64,000 nucleotides of DNA, taken from NCBI GenBank assembly GCA_963701965.1, contig OY969695.1:3584001-3648000 (forward strand). The letters run 5' to 3'. Position numbers and translations under genes: made by a program. Below, in pieces: positions 28,092 to 38,161 of the stretch. Positions within the stretch are counted from its first letter, which is position 1. Every line of letters starts with the position of its first letter. The notes beneath the pieces are model-generated. The model saw nothing but the letters and a program-made list of their open reading frames with translations. It was not told the DNA's origin and searched no databases. The DNA comes from an uncultured Gemmatimonadales bacterium (GTDB lineage: Bacteria; Gemmatimonadota; Gemmatimonadetes; Gemmatimonadales; Gemmatimonadaceae).

Positions 28092-29062
28092 GCGGCCCGT
28101 TCGCGGAGCTGCTCGACATAGGCCGCGATGCCGCGCTCCAGCGACGCAAAGGGCGCGACATACCCCGTCTCCTCCCGCAGCCGCCGCACGTTCGCCTGCG
28201 TGAAGTACTGGTAGCGCGACCGGATCTCCGGCGGTGTGTCAATGAACGCCACGGTCTCGCCGACGCCGAGCGCCCGGCACACGCCACAGGCGAGGTCGAG
28301 ATACGTGCGCGAGACGCCGGAACCGAGGTTCCGAATGCCCCGGGGCACGCGCGCCACGAGCGCGTGGGACAGCACAGAGACGACGTCGCGCACATCGACG
28401 AAATCCCGCGACTGGTGTCCGTCCGGCACGTCCACCCGGTGGCTCCGGAAAAGCCGTACCGGCCCGCCTGCGCGCGCCTGGTCGTAGGCGTGCAGCACCA
28501 CGCTCGCCATCCGGCCCTTATGGCGCTCGCCGTAGCCGTACACGTTGAAGAACTTCCACCCGGACCACGCTGGAGGCGCCGCGCCCGCGCGCTCCTGGGC
28601 CAGCGCCCAGAGATCGAACGCCAGCTTCGACCTCCCGTACGCATTGAGGGGCACGAGTCGCGGCAACCGCGATTCGTCGTCGTCGTACCCGTTGGCGCCG
28701 TCCCCGTAGGTCGCGGCGCTCGACGCGTAGACGAACGGCACGCCGTGCGCGGTCGCAAAGGTCCACAACCGTTGGGAATACGCCACGTTGACGCGCGCCA
28801 GAAACTGCTCGTCGGTCTCGGTCGTATCGGTGCACGCGCCGAGGTGGACGATGCCCCCTAACGCCGGCTCCGTGGCCGCCAGCCAGTCGAACAGCGCGTC
28901 GCGGCCGACCATGGTGCCGAAATCCGCGCCCGCGTGTTCCGGCCGGGTGTCGAAATGCGCCGGTTCGTCGACCGAGATGACCGGAATCCCGTCGTGGCGG
29001 CACCGCTCCACGAATTGATACCCCACGAAACCCGCGGCGCCGGTGACGAGAATGGGCAGCAT
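28073..29062 (-). CDS. rfaD: ADP-L-glycero-D-manno-heptose 6-epimerase (extended SDR)
   Basis: 'VTGAAGFVG', 'HLGACTDT', 'YASSAATYG', 'YGRSK', 'FFNVYG.GE.HKGRMASV', 'YQYFTQA'. Confidence 0.92.
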   Translation of the reverse strand: MLPILVTGAAGFVGYQFVERCRHDGIPVISVDEPAHFDTRPEHAGADFGTMVGRDALFDWLAATEPALGGIVHLGACTDTTETDEQFLARVNVAYSQRLWTFATAHGVPFVYASSAATYGDGANGYDDDESRLPRLVPLNAYGRSKLAFDLWALAQERAGAAPPAWSGWKFFNVYGYGERHKGRMASVVLHAYDQARAGGPVRLFRSHRVDVPDGHQSRDFVDVRDVVSVLSHALVARVPRGIRNLGSGVSRTYLDLACGVCRALGVGETVAFIDTPPEIRSRYQYFTQANVRRLREETGYVAPFASLERGIAAYVEQLRERAAYSMIP

Positions 29063-29110
29063 GTCATGTATATTACAAGCAGACCCCACACGACGATGGA
29101 GCGGATTGCC

Positions 29111-29548
29111 ATGTATGATGAGCGGATGGTCGCCCCGATGCGGCAGGAACTGACACGGCTCGGCGTAGAAGAGCTTCGGACCGCGGATGCGGTGGATGCC
29201 AAGCTGCGCGAGACGCCAGGGACGACGCTGGTCGTCGTGAACTCGGTCTGCGGATGCGCGGCGCGCAACGCCCGGCCGGCGGTTGCCCGGGCTCTGCAGC
29301 ACGATGTCCGGCCTCAGGCGCTGACGACGGTGTTCGCCGGCCAGGATGTCGAAGCCACCCAGCGGGCGCGCGGGTACTTCGCGGGCTACGCGCCATCGTC
29401 TCCGTCGATCGGGCTCCTCAAGAACGGCAAGGTCGTGTTCATGCTGGAGCGGTATCAAATCGAGGGACGCTCGTCCGAGGACATCGCGCGCGACCTGACG
29501 GCGGCCTTCGACAAGCATTGCAACGAGACGCTGGCCGGCCGCCCGTAA
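29111..29548 (+). CDS. BrxA/BrxB family bacilliredoxin
   Basis: 'PMRQELT', 'VNSVCGCAA..ARP', 'TVFAGQD.EAT..AR', 'PSSPS'. Confidence 0.93.
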   Translation: MYDERMVAPMRQELTRLGVEELRTADAVDAKLRETPGTTLVVVNSVCGCAARNARPAVARALQHDVRPQALTTVFAGQDVEATQRARGYFAGYAPSSPSIGLLKNGKVVFMLERYQIEGRSSEDIARDLTAAFDKHCNETLAGRP

Positions 29549-29557
29549 CGCCTCCCG

Positions 29558-30226
29558 GTGCGCCTCCTGATCGTCGAAGACGATCCGGAGCTGGCGTCGA
29601 TCCTGGCGGAGGGATTCGGCGACCAGCGCCATGAAGTTGTGGTCGCGGCCGACGTACCAGCGGCCCGCGAGCGCGCGGCGCTCGGCACCTACGACGTCAT
29701 GATCCTCGACGTCATGCTCCCCGGCGGCAGCGGGTTCGACTTGTGCGCGCTGATCCGCTCGCGGGGCATCGCGACGCCGATCCTCATGCTGACGGCGCGC
29801 GACGCCGTCGACGACCGCGTGCGGGGCCTCGAGGCCGGGGCCGACGACTACCTCACCAAACCCTTTGCGTTTCGCGAGCTGCTGGCGCGGGTCCGCGCCC
29901 TGGCCCGCCGCCAGCCGGCGCTCGCCCCGCAGCGCGTCCGCGTGGCGGACCTCGACGTCGATCTCGATACGCGCGAGGTGCGCCGCGGACATCGCGCGAT
30001 CCCGCTGACCGCGAAGGAGTTCGCCCTCCTCGAGTTTTTCACGCGGCACGAAGGCAAGGTCGTGGACCGGGCGGCGATCGCCGCGCACGTGTGGGACGAC
30101 AACCACGATCCCTTCACCAACGTGCTGGAGGTGCTCGTCCGCCGGCTGCGCCGCAAGATCGACAATGAGTTCGAGCCCAAGCTGATCCACACCGTGCGCG
30201 GCGCGGGCTACCGGTTCGGCGTCTAG
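29558..30226 (+). CDS. OmpR-family response regulator (CusR/CopR-like)
   Basis: 'LDVMLPG', 'GADDYLTKPF', 'LTAKEFALL', 'HTVRGAGY'. Confidence 0.95.
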   Translation: MRLLIVEDDPELASILAEGFGDQRHEVVVAADVPAARERAALGTYDVMILDVMLPGGSGFDLCALIRSRGIATPILMLTARDAVDDRVRGLEAGADDYLTKPFAFRELLARVRALARRQPALAPQRVRVADLDVDLDTREVRRGHRAIPLTAKEFALLEFFTRHEGKVVDRAAIAAHVWDDNHDPFTNVLEVLVRRLRRKIDNEFEPKLIHTVRGAGYRFGV

Positions 30227-30227
30227 C

Positions 30228-31523
30228 GTGCAGCCGCTCACCCGGCTGCGGCTTCGCCTTACGGCGTGGTACGCCGGGACGTTCAGCTTGATCCTCGCCG
30301 TCCTGGGGATCTCGGCGTTCACGATCATTGCGCGCCAGTTGTCGAACGAGCTGACGGAGTCCCTGCGCGCCGCGACGCGCGCCGCCGAGCGGGCCACGCA
30401 GATTCGCGAACGCGAGGCCGCGATGGGCTCGAGCCACGTCGTCAATGCCTTCGATGAGCTGGTCATTCCCGGCCGTTCGCTCTTTCTCTTCGATACCGCC
30501 GGCATCCCGATTACCCCCGCCAGCGCGCCAGGGTCGGTCCGCGCGTCGGCGATCCGGGCGGCCAAGGACGGCGTCGACGACAAGCACTTCAAGATGGCGC
30601 ACGATCTGCCCGACGAGCAGAAGTATCAGGTGCATTCGGAACGGTTCGCCGGTCCCAGTGGCCGGCACTACGTCGTCTCCGTGCTCGCCGACCGCATCGA
30701 GCTGGAGGACCGATACGCCGCGATCATTGCGGGGCTGGCGGCCGCCGCGGCGTTCGCGGTGTTGCTCGTGGCCGTGGGCGGGTGGTTTCTCGCCCGGAAG
30801 GCGATCGCGCCGATCGAGCGCAATCTGGCCTACGTCCGGCGTTTCGTGGCCGATGCCGCGCACGAGTTGCGCACGCCGGTCTCCGTGCTCCGGAGCCGGG
30901 CCGACGTCGCGCTCCAGCGCGAGCGGAAACCCGAGGCCTACGTCGACACGATCACCGCCGTCGGCCTGGAAGCCGCGCGCATGGGCCGGATCGTCGACGA
31001 TCTCCTCATGCTGGCCCGCGCCGACGCCGGCGAACGCACCATGGTCCGCGAGCGATTCTATCTGGATGACCTGGCGCTCGACGCGGTGAGCGGCGTCCGG
31101 GTGCTCGCCGGGACGCGCGACGTGGATGTCGACGTCCGGGACTTCGAGGAGGCGCCGGTCGATGGCGATCCTACGCTCATTCGCCAACTCTTGCTCATCC
31201 TCCTGGACAACGCGGTGAAATTCACACCGCCGGGCGGACGCGTGTCGCTCAGCGTGCGGTCCGGCGACGGGAAGGCTATCGTGAGCGTCGCCGACACCGG
31301 CGTCGGCATCACGCCAGCGGATCTGCCCCGCGTCTACGACCGCTTCTATCGCGGCGATGACGCCCGCCGCCGCACCAATGGCGCCGGTCTCGGACTTTCC
31401 ATCGCCAAATGGATCGCCGACGCGCACGGGGCGTCGATCGAGATGGTTTCCTCCCCTGGTCAAGGCACACGGGTCATCGTTCAATTTCCCTCTGCCCCAG
31501 CCGTCATCGCCTCGCCCGTGTAA
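30228..31523 (+). CDS. Sensor histidine kinase (BaeS/CusS-like)
   Basis: Two TM segments; 'DAAHELRTP', 'LLDNAVKF', 'DTGVGI', 'GAGLGLSI'. Confidence 0.93.
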   Translation: MQPLTRLRLRLTAWYAGTFSLILAVLGISAFTIIARQLSNELTESLRAATRAAERATQIREREAAMGSSHVVNAFDELVIPGRSLFLFDTAGIPITPASAPGSVRASAIRAAKDGVDDKHFKMAHDLPDEQKYQVHSERFAGPSGRHYVVSVLADRIELEDRYAAIIAGLAAAAAFAVLLVAVGGWFLARKAIAPIERNLAYVRRFVADAAHELRTPVSVLRSRADVALQRERKPEAYVDTITAVGLEAARMGRIVDDLLMLARADAGERTMVRERFYLDDLALDAVSGVRVLAGTRDVDVDVRDFEEAPVDGDPTLIRQLLLILLDNAVKFTPPGGRVSLSVRSGDGKAIVSVADTGVGITPADLPRVYDRFYRGDDARRRTNGAGLGLSIAKWIADAHGASIEMVSSPGQGTRVIVQFPSAPAVIASPV

Positions 31524-31607
31524 TCCTGACGACAGGTCGCATCCGCTAGCGTTCGCCTGCGAGCCGGAGCGTGCTCCCGGTCCCTGCTTCTTCCTTTCGA
31601 CCGCCAG

Positions 31608-32816
31608 ATGCCGTTTCGGATAGCTCTCGTAGGCGCAATTGTTGGGCTTCTCGGTAGGGCGCTTCCCGCTCAAACTCCCCAACCGCTGACCTTGCGGGAC
31701 GCCGTCGACTCGGCGGAGGCGCGCGGCACGCGCGTGGCGCTGGCGCGGGCCGACTCCGCGGCCTCGCGCGCCGGGGTGACGGCGGCGCGCGAGTGGCCGA
31801 ATCCGGCCGTGAACTTTCAGTACACGCGGGACGAGCCCCACTATCACGGCTTCCTCGAACTGCCCATCGACTACCCCTGGCTCCGCCGCGCCCGCGTCCA
31901 CAGCGCCGAGCTGGCGAGCCACTCGGCCGGCTACCGGTTCGCCTTCGAACGCGCCGGCGCCCGGTTCGACGCCGAGACGACGTACGTGCGCGCCCAGGTG
32001 GTCGGCGAGCACGCGCGCCTGTCCAGTGTGAATGCCGCCGCGGCCGATAGCCTGCGGCGGCTGGCCATCGTGCGCCGCGACGCCGGTGACGCCAGTGAGC
32101 TGGACGTCGAACTCGCCACCGTCAACGCCGGCCAGGCGCTCAACGCCTTTGCCGCCGACTCGCTCGCCGCGGTCGCGGCGTTGCTCGATCTCCAATCTCT
32201 CATGGGCATGGCGTCGGACCGCGTGCTCATCACGCTCGTTGATACGCTGGCCGTCCCAGCGCTGGCCGAACCGGACACCGGGACCAGCCGAACCTTGCAG
32301 GTCGCCGCCGCCGAGGAGGCGTTAGCCTCCGAGCAGGGGGCGCTAAGCGTAGCGAAGCGCAGCGCTTTTGGCGCCCCATCGATCTCATTGGGAGTCGAGG
32401 GCGGCGACCCCACGCAGCCCTATCCACTGCCAGCCGCCGGCTTCACGCTCCCACTCCCGCTGTTCAATCGCAACGGCGGCCAGGTCGGCCTCGAGGCCGC
32501 GAACGTGTCGCGCGCGCAGGCCGAGCTGGCCCGGGCCCGGCGCGAGAGCGCGGCGGCGATCGCCGCCGCCACCCGCGAGCTGCGCGCCGCCATCGCCCGG
32601 GCCCAACGCGACCGCGGCCTCCTGGCCGCGGCCAATCGCGTCGCCGCCATGTCCTTGACCGCATTCGCCGAGGGCGCGCAGGCCCTCCCCAGCGTGCTGG
32701 AAGCCCAGCGGAGCGCGCGGGACGCGCTGGTCCAGTACGTGGACGACGAGGGCGCCGCTTCCGCGGCGGCCGCGGCCGTCCGACTGTTCACCGTGAGAGT
32801 AGGCGACCACCAATGA
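31608..32816 (+). CDS. TolC family outer-membrane efflux protein (CzcC-like)
   Basis: Signal peptide, 'WPNP', 'LPLPLFNRNGG'; first gene of an OMF-MFP-RND operon. Confidence 0.88.
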   Translation: MPFRIALVGAIVGLLGRALPAQTPQPLTLRDAVDSAEARGTRVALARADSAASRAGVTAAREWPNPAVNFQYTRDEPHYHGFLELPIDYPWLRRARVHSAELASHSAGYRFAFERAGARFDAETTYVRAQVVGEHARLSSVNAAAADSLRRLAIVRRDAGDASELDVELATVNAGQALNAFAADSLAAVAALLDLQSLMGMASDRVLITLVDTLAVPALAEPDTGTSRTLQVAAAEEALASEQGALSVAKRSAFGAPSISLGVEGGDPTQPYPLPAAGFTLPLPLFNRNGGQVGLEAANVSRAQAELARARRESAAAIAAATRELRAAIARAQRDRGLLAAANRVAAMSLTAFAEGAQALPSVLEAQRSARDALVQYVDDEGAASAAAAAVRLFTVRVGDHQ

Positions 32817-33859
32817 CATCCCGACTCCTAGTCCCGGTGACGATCCTCGGTCTGATCGCCTGCCGGGGCGGCGACGCGAAACCGGCCGGCAATGACACTC
32901 CGGCGGTCGTCGGCGCTCAGACCGCGACGGCCACGCAAGGCCCGTTCACCGAGACGGTCACCGCGATCGGTACGGTCGCGGCCCGCGCGGGCCACTATGC
33001 CGAGCTGAGCGCCCCCGCGCCGACGCGCGTGGCCCGGATCTACGTCTCCGCCGGCGACGCGGTGCGTGCCGGCGATCCGTTGGTCGAGTTCGAGCGCGCC
33101 CCGTTCGACGCCGCCGCGCAGAGCGCGCAGGTAGCTCTCACGAACGCCGAGCACGCGGCCGCGCGAGCCGAACGCCTGGTCTCGGCGGGCATCATGGCCC
33201 GGAAGGACGCGGATCAGGCCCAGGCCGACCTGGCCCAGGCCCGCGCCAACGCCGTGACCACGGAACGCGCCCAGCAGTTGGCGACGCTGCGCTCTCCCAT
33301 CGCGGGCGTGGTCACGCGCATGAGCGCGGTGCTCGGCGCGTCCGCCGACCCGGCGCAGCCGGTGGTGGCCGTCGCCGATCCCGCGCTCCTCGACGTGCTG
33401 TTCAGTCTCGCACCGACCGAAGGCGTGGGCATCAAGCCCGGCGCCGCGATCACGGTCTCGTCCGGCCAGGGAACCCATGGCGAGCCGCTGGGCACCGGCG
33501 CGGTGATCTCGGTCGGCGCGACCGTGGATTCGGCGTCCCGTGGGATCACCGTCCGCGCCCGGGTCACGCATCCGGCGCGGGCGCTGCGCATCGGCGAAAC
33601 GATCTTCGGACAGATCGCCATCGCGACGCACGCGCATGCGGTCATGATTCCGGTGCAGGCGCTCGTTCCCGACGGCGATGGCCTCAAGGTCTTCGTCGTC
33701 GACAGCGGCCGCGCCCATGCCCGCACGGTCACCGTGGGCGGCCGCACGGAGTCGGCGGCCGAAATCACCAATGGGCTCAAGGCCGGCGAGACCGTCGTCA
33801 CCGTCGGCGCCTATGGCGTCGAGGACAGCGCCAAAGTGGTGCCGTTGTCAAAGCCATGA
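32813..33859 (+). CDS. RND efflux MFP subunit (lipoprotein)
   Basis: 'LIAC' lipobox; 'GDAVRAGDPL', 'LRSPIAGVV'. Confidence 0.9.
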   Translation: MTSRLLVPVTILGLIACRGGDAKPAGNDTPAVVGAQTATATQGPFTETVTAIGTVAARAGHYAELSAPAPTRVARIYVSAGDAVRAGDPLVEFERAPFDAAAQSAQVALTNAEHAAARAERLVSAGIMARKDADQAQADLAQARANAVTTERAQQLATLRSPIAGVVTRMSAVLGASADPAQPVVAVADPALLDVLFSLAPTEGVGIKPGAAITVSSGQGTHGEPLGTGAVISVGATVDSASRGITVRARVTHPARALRIGETIFGQIAIATHAHAVMIPVQALVPDGDGLKVFVVDSGRAHARTVTVGGRTESAAEITNGLKAGETVVTVGAYGVEDSAKVVPLSKP

Positions 33860-36800
33860 AGCTCTTCGATCTCCTCGGATCGCAGCGGCGGTTCATCTAT
33901 CTGGTGATCGCACTGGTGAGCGTGGCCGGGATCTGGGCCGGATTGCGACTGCCGTCCGCGATCTATCCCGAGCTCACGTTCCCCCGCATCACCATCGTGG
34001 CCCAAGGCTCCGCGCTGGGCTCGCGCCAGGTGGTCTTCGCGGTCACGCGGCCCATCGAGGAGGCCGTCAGCGTCGTGCCGGGAGTGCAGCGGGTCCAGTC
34101 GAAGTCGATCCGTGGCTCGGCCGAGATCAACATCTCGTTCACGCCCAACACCGACATGGTCTACGCCCTGCAGCTCGTGCAGACCCGCGTCAACCAGGTC
34201 CGATCCGAGCTGCCGCCGGAGCTGGAGATCGAGGTCGAGCGGCTGACGCCCTCGATCTTCCCCATCCTGACGTACAATCTGGAAGGCGGCGACGCGGCGA
34301 CCCTGTACGACATCGCGCGCTACCAGATCCGCCCCGTCTTCGCGCGCGTCCCGGGCGTCGGCCGCGTCAATGTCCAGGGGACCGACGTGCGGGAGATCGA
34401 GGTCGTGGTCGACCCGGCGCGGCTCGCCGCCCAGGGGATCTCCTACGACGACGTGGCCACGGCCATCCGGCAGGCCACGTCCGTGGAAGCTGTGGGGCGC
34501 GTGGCCGAGGACTACCAGCAGTTCTTGATCGTGACTGATCAGGAGGCCCACGGCGTCGACGACGTCGCCAACGTGGTCGTTCCCACGCCATCGGGAAACG
34601 GCGTCCGCGTGCGCGACCTGGGCACGGTCGCCATTGGCACCGAAGACCATACGCGCATCATCGCGGGGGACGGCCGCCCGGCGGCATCGCTCAACGTCAC
34701 GCGCCAGATCGGCGGCAATTCGGTGGCGATCGCCGACAGCATCTCCGGCCTGGTGCGCACGATCGCCCGCACGCTGCCGCCCGGCGTGCACCTCCAGCCG
34801 GTCTACGACCAGGCCTCGTTGGTGCGGGACGCGGTGACATCGGTCCGCGACGCCATGCTCATCGGGGCCGTGCTGGCGGTCGTGATCCTGCTCCTCTTCC
34901 TCCGCCACGGGACGATCACGGCCATCAGCGCGACGTCGATCCCGCTGACGTTGGCGATCACGGTGTTCGTGCTGTCGCTCGCGGGGCAGACGTTCAACCT
35001 CATGACGCTCGGCGCCATGGCGATCGCGATCGGCCTCGTCATCGACGACGCCGTCGTGGTCACCGAGAACATCGCGCGGCACCTGGCGCTCACGCCCGAC
35101 GACCGGCGGCGCGCCGTGCGGGACGCGGTGCAAGAGTTGATCTGGCCGGTGACGACGTCGACGATCACCACCGTCGTCGTGTTCCTGCCGCTGGGACTCC
35201 TGCAGGGGGTCGTGGGGCAGTTCTTCATCGCGCTCTCGATCACGCTCACCATCGCGGTCCTCGTCTCGCTGGTGCTGGCGCTCACGATCATCCCGCTCCT
35301 GAGCGAGCAGTTCGTCAGCCACCGGGACTCGGGAGCCACAGTCGACCGCCTGTCCGGCCCGTACGTGCGCTGGCTGGGCGTCGCGTTGCGCCATCCGGCC
35401 TGGGTGGTCGGCGCGGCGGCCCTGCTGGTGGTGCTGGGTGCCCTCGCCCAGCGGCGCGTGGCGACGGGCTTCCTGCCGGAGATGGACGAAGGGGCGTTCG
35501 TGTTCGACTACTTCAGCCCCGGGGGCACGGCGCTGGCGGAGACGGACCGCCAGGTACGGATCGCCGAGCACATCATGGCCACGACGCCGGAAATCGTGGC
35601 CACGTCGCGGCGCACGGGCACCGAGCTGGGCCTGTTCGCGACGGAGCAGAACCGGGGCGATCTGGTGGCGCGCCTGTCGCCGCAGCGGGAGCGCGACCGG
35701 AGCGTCGACGAAGTGATCGACGATGTGCGCCAGAAGGTGCAGCGCGCCGCGCCCCGCCTGCACATCGAATTCGTGCAGATCCTGTCCGATGTCATCAACG
35801 ATCTAGCCGGGGCGGCGCGGCCAGTCGAGATCAAGCTCTTCGGCGAACAGCTGGAGGGGCTCGAGGCCTACGCCCGGTCGCTGGCGCCGGATTTCCAGAA
35901 AGTCGAGGGCCTCGAGGATTTCTACGACGGGGTCAGTGAGCCGTCGCCGGAGCTGCTGCTGCACATCGACGGCTCCGAGGCCAACCGCATTGGCATGACA
36001 CCCCAGCAAGTGGGGGCCGACGTCAGTGGGTCGATCCTGGGCGTCCTCGGGGGCGAGATTCGGACGGAGGACCGCGCCATCGGCATTCGCGTGCGGGCGC
36101 CGGATACGGTGCGCTACGACCCGTTGCGTCTCGGCTCTCTGCCGATCATCGGACCAGGCCGCCGGCCAACGCCGCTGGCGGCGCTGGCGACCATCACATC
36201 GGTGACGACGCGCGCCGAGTTGAACCGCGAGAACCAGCAACAGATGATCGCCATGACGGCGGATATCGCGGACCGGTCGCTCGGCGCGGTCACGGCCGAT
36301 GTCAAACGCGTCCTAGCGGCGCACCCGCCGCCAAACGGGATCCGGGTCGAGATCGGCGGTCAGTACGCCGGACAGCAGGCGGCGTTTCGGGCGCTGCTCA
36401 TCGTCCTCGGCCTCGCGGCCGTCAGTGTCATCGCCGTCATGGTGATCCAATTCCAGTCGTTCATCGAGCCGCTGGTCATCGTCTCGGCCGCCCCGATCTC
36501 GTTCGTGGGCGCGCTCGTGCTCTTGTTGATCACGGGAACCCCGCTCAACGTCTCGTCTTTTATGGGTCTGATCTTGCTCGTCGGATTGATCGTGAAGAAC
36601 GGGATCATTCTTCTCGATTTCACCAAGCTGCGCATGGAGTCCGAGGGGGTCACGCTGGAAGTCGCCATCCGCGAGGCGGCCGCCACCCGCTTGCGGCCGA
36701 TTCTCATGACCACCCTGTGCACCCTGTTCGGTCTCCTCCCGCTGGCGCTGGGCCTCGGCGCCGGCAGCGAGCTGCAGCGCCCCTTGGCGCTGGCCGTGAT

Positions 36801-36903
36801 CGGCGGCCTGGCCCTGTCGACGCCCATCACCTTGTTCGTCGTCCCGACCGTGCTGGTTGCGGTGCGGGGAAAAGACTTCAGGACACTCGGAGCCAGCGAA
36901 TAA
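33856..36903 (+). CDS. RND efflux permease (CusA/CzcA-like family)
   Basis: 'AIGLVIDDAVVVTENI', 'FLPEMDEG', 'KNGIILLD', 'RLRPILMTT', 'QRPLALAVIGG'. Confidence 0.93.
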   Translation: MKLFDLLGSQRRFIYLVIALVSVAGIWAGLRLPSAIYPELTFPRITIVAQGSALGSRQVVFAVTRPIEEAVSVVPGVQRVQSKSIRGSAEINISFTPNTDMVYALQLVQTRVNQVRSELPPELEIEVERLTPSIFPILTYNLEGGDAATLYDIARYQIRPVFARVPGVGRVNVQGTDVREIEVVVDPARLAAQGISYDDVATAIRQATSVEAVGRVAEDYQQFLIVTDQEAHGVDDVANVVVPTPSGNGVRVRDLGTVAIGTEDHTRIIAGDGRPAASLNVTRQIGGNSVAIADSISGLVRTIARTLPPGVHLQPVYDQASLVRDAVTSVRDAMLIGAVLAVVILLLFLRHGTITAISATSIPLTLAITVFVLSLAGQTFNLMTLGAMAIAIGLVIDDAVVVTENIARHLALTPDDRRRAVRDAVQELIWPVTTSTITTVVVFLPLGLLQGVVGQFFIALSITLTIAVLVSLVLALTIIPLLSEQFVSHRDSGATVDRLSGPYVRWLGVALRHPAWVVGAAALLVVLGALAQRRVATGFLPEMDEGAFVFDYFSPGGTALAETDRQVRIAEHIMATTPEIVATSRRTGTELGLFATEQNRGDLVARLSPQRERDRSVDEVIDDVRQKVQRAAPRLHIEFVQILSDVINDLAGAARPVEIKLFGEQLEGLEAYARSLAPDFQKVEGLEDFYDGVSEPSPELLLHIDGSEANRIGMTPQQVGADVSGSILGVLGGEIRTEDRAIGIRVRAPDTVRYDPLRLGSLPIIGPGRRPTPLAALATITSVTTRAELNRENQQQMIAMTADIADRSLGAVTADVKRVLAAHPPPNGIRVEIGGQYAGQQAAFRALLIVLGLAAVSVIAVMVIQFQSFIEPLVIVSAAPISFVGALVLLLITGTPLNVSSFMGLILLVGLIVKNGIILLDFTKLRMESEGVTLEVAIREAAATRLRPILMTTLCTLFGLLPLALGLGAGSELQRPLALAVIGGLALSTPITLFVVPTVLVAVRGKDFRTLGASE

Positions 36904-38161
36904 TCTCGCGCAGCGACCGGCGCTTGCCGTACATGAGAATACCGGTACGGTAGATGCGCGCGGCGATCCGAATGGCGATCACGTTGGACACGAAGAGCGC
37001 CGCGATCGTCCCGGCGATCTCAATGGGCGGCACCTGAATGACGCTCAAACGCAACGGCATGATGATGGGCGCGCTGAACGGAATCCACGAGACGACGCGC
37101 GCCATCAGGCTGGCCGGGCTCAAGAATACCGGTCCGACGAACATCACGCTCAACACCAGCAGCATGGTCACGGGCAGCGTCGCCTGCTGCGCGTCATCCT
37201 GGTTTTCGACGGTGGCGCCGACGGCCGCGAACAACGTGGCGTAAAAGAAGAATCCCAGCAAGAAGATCAGGACCAGCACCACCGCGGCGCCCGCGGTCAC
37301 TGAGGGTAACGGCAGGGGCACGTCCGAGGCGCCAAAATAGGTGAGAATGGGCCCGCGAAAGACCACGATCGCCGCTGATGCCGCGACCCAGATCAACTGT
37401 TGGGTGATCGCGACCCCGCCCACGCCGACGATCTTGCCCGCGAGCAGCGTGTCGGGCGGCGCGCTGGCCACGACGACTTCCGACACCCGCGTGGCCTTCT
37501 CGTCGGCGACGCCGCGGACGATGCTCTGCCCGTAGAGGATGATCGTCACGTACAGCAGGAACGCGACCATGTAGCCGAAGATCGCGCCCGACATCCCGGA
37601 GCCGCCGAGCCCCCGGTCGGTGACACGCTCCGTGTGGAGCTCCAGCGGCACCGTGGTGAGCGCGGCGATTTTCCGAGGGTCCAGTCCAGCGCCCACGAGG
37701 CGTTGGGTGAGGACCGCCTGCTTCACGACCTCCTTCACGTGCTCAATGTCGGCGACCGCCGAGGCGTTGCGGCCATTGTAGCGGGCGCCTTTGCCGGCGA
37801 GCGTGCTGTCGGTCAACACCAGATATCCGATAAACCGATTGTGCATCACGTCGGTCAGCGCCGTCGCCTCCGCCGTAACCCGTGTGTCCGGCGTCACCAC
37901 GCGCAGCTCGGCCGTCGACGTGTCGCCCGCCACACCCCCGCCCAGGTTCCCCACGATCCGTTTCCCAATGTCCGTACCGGTGGCATCGAGCACGATCATG
38001 TGCGTGGCGTCGGCCGATACCTGCGCGTGCGTGGACAGGATCGCCCCGCCCAGCGTGATGCCGCCGAACACCACCGGCCCCACCAGCGTCGCGAACAGAA
38101 ACCAGCGGGAGCGCACGCGCTCCAAGTACTCGCGGCGGGCGACGACCCAGAACTTACCCAT
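36878..38161 (-). CDS. ABC-2 transporter permease (NatB/YhaP-like)
   Basis: 'REYLERVRS', 'EKATRVSEVV', 'LLAGKIVG', 'RIYRTGILMYG'. Confidence 0.9.
   Translation of the reverse strand: MGKFWVVARREYLERVRSRWFLFATLVGPVVFGGITLGGAILSTHAQVSADATHMIVLDATGTDIGKRIVGNLGGGVAGDTSTAELRVVTPDTRVTAEATALTDVMHNRFIGYLVLTDSTLAGKGARYNGRNASAVADIEHVKEVVKQAVLTQRLVGAGLDPRKIAALTTVPLELHTERVTDRGLGGSGMSGAIFGYMVAFLLYVTIILYGQSIVRGVADEKATRVSEVVVASAPPDTLLAGKIVGVGGVAITQQLIWVAASAAIVVFRGPILTYFGASDVPLPLPSVTAGAAVVLVLIFLLGFFFYATLFAAVGATVENQDDAQQATLPVTMLLVLSVMFVGPVFLSPASLMARVVSWIPFSAPIIMPLRLSVIQVPPIEIAGTIAALFVSNVIAIRIAARIYRTGILMYGKRRSLREIIRWLRVS

Noticed and set aside
28073..30592. 839-aa ORF suggesting a large rfaD fusion
   Set aside because: The N-terminal ~500 aa are antisense to brx and the response regulator; rfaD starts at 29062
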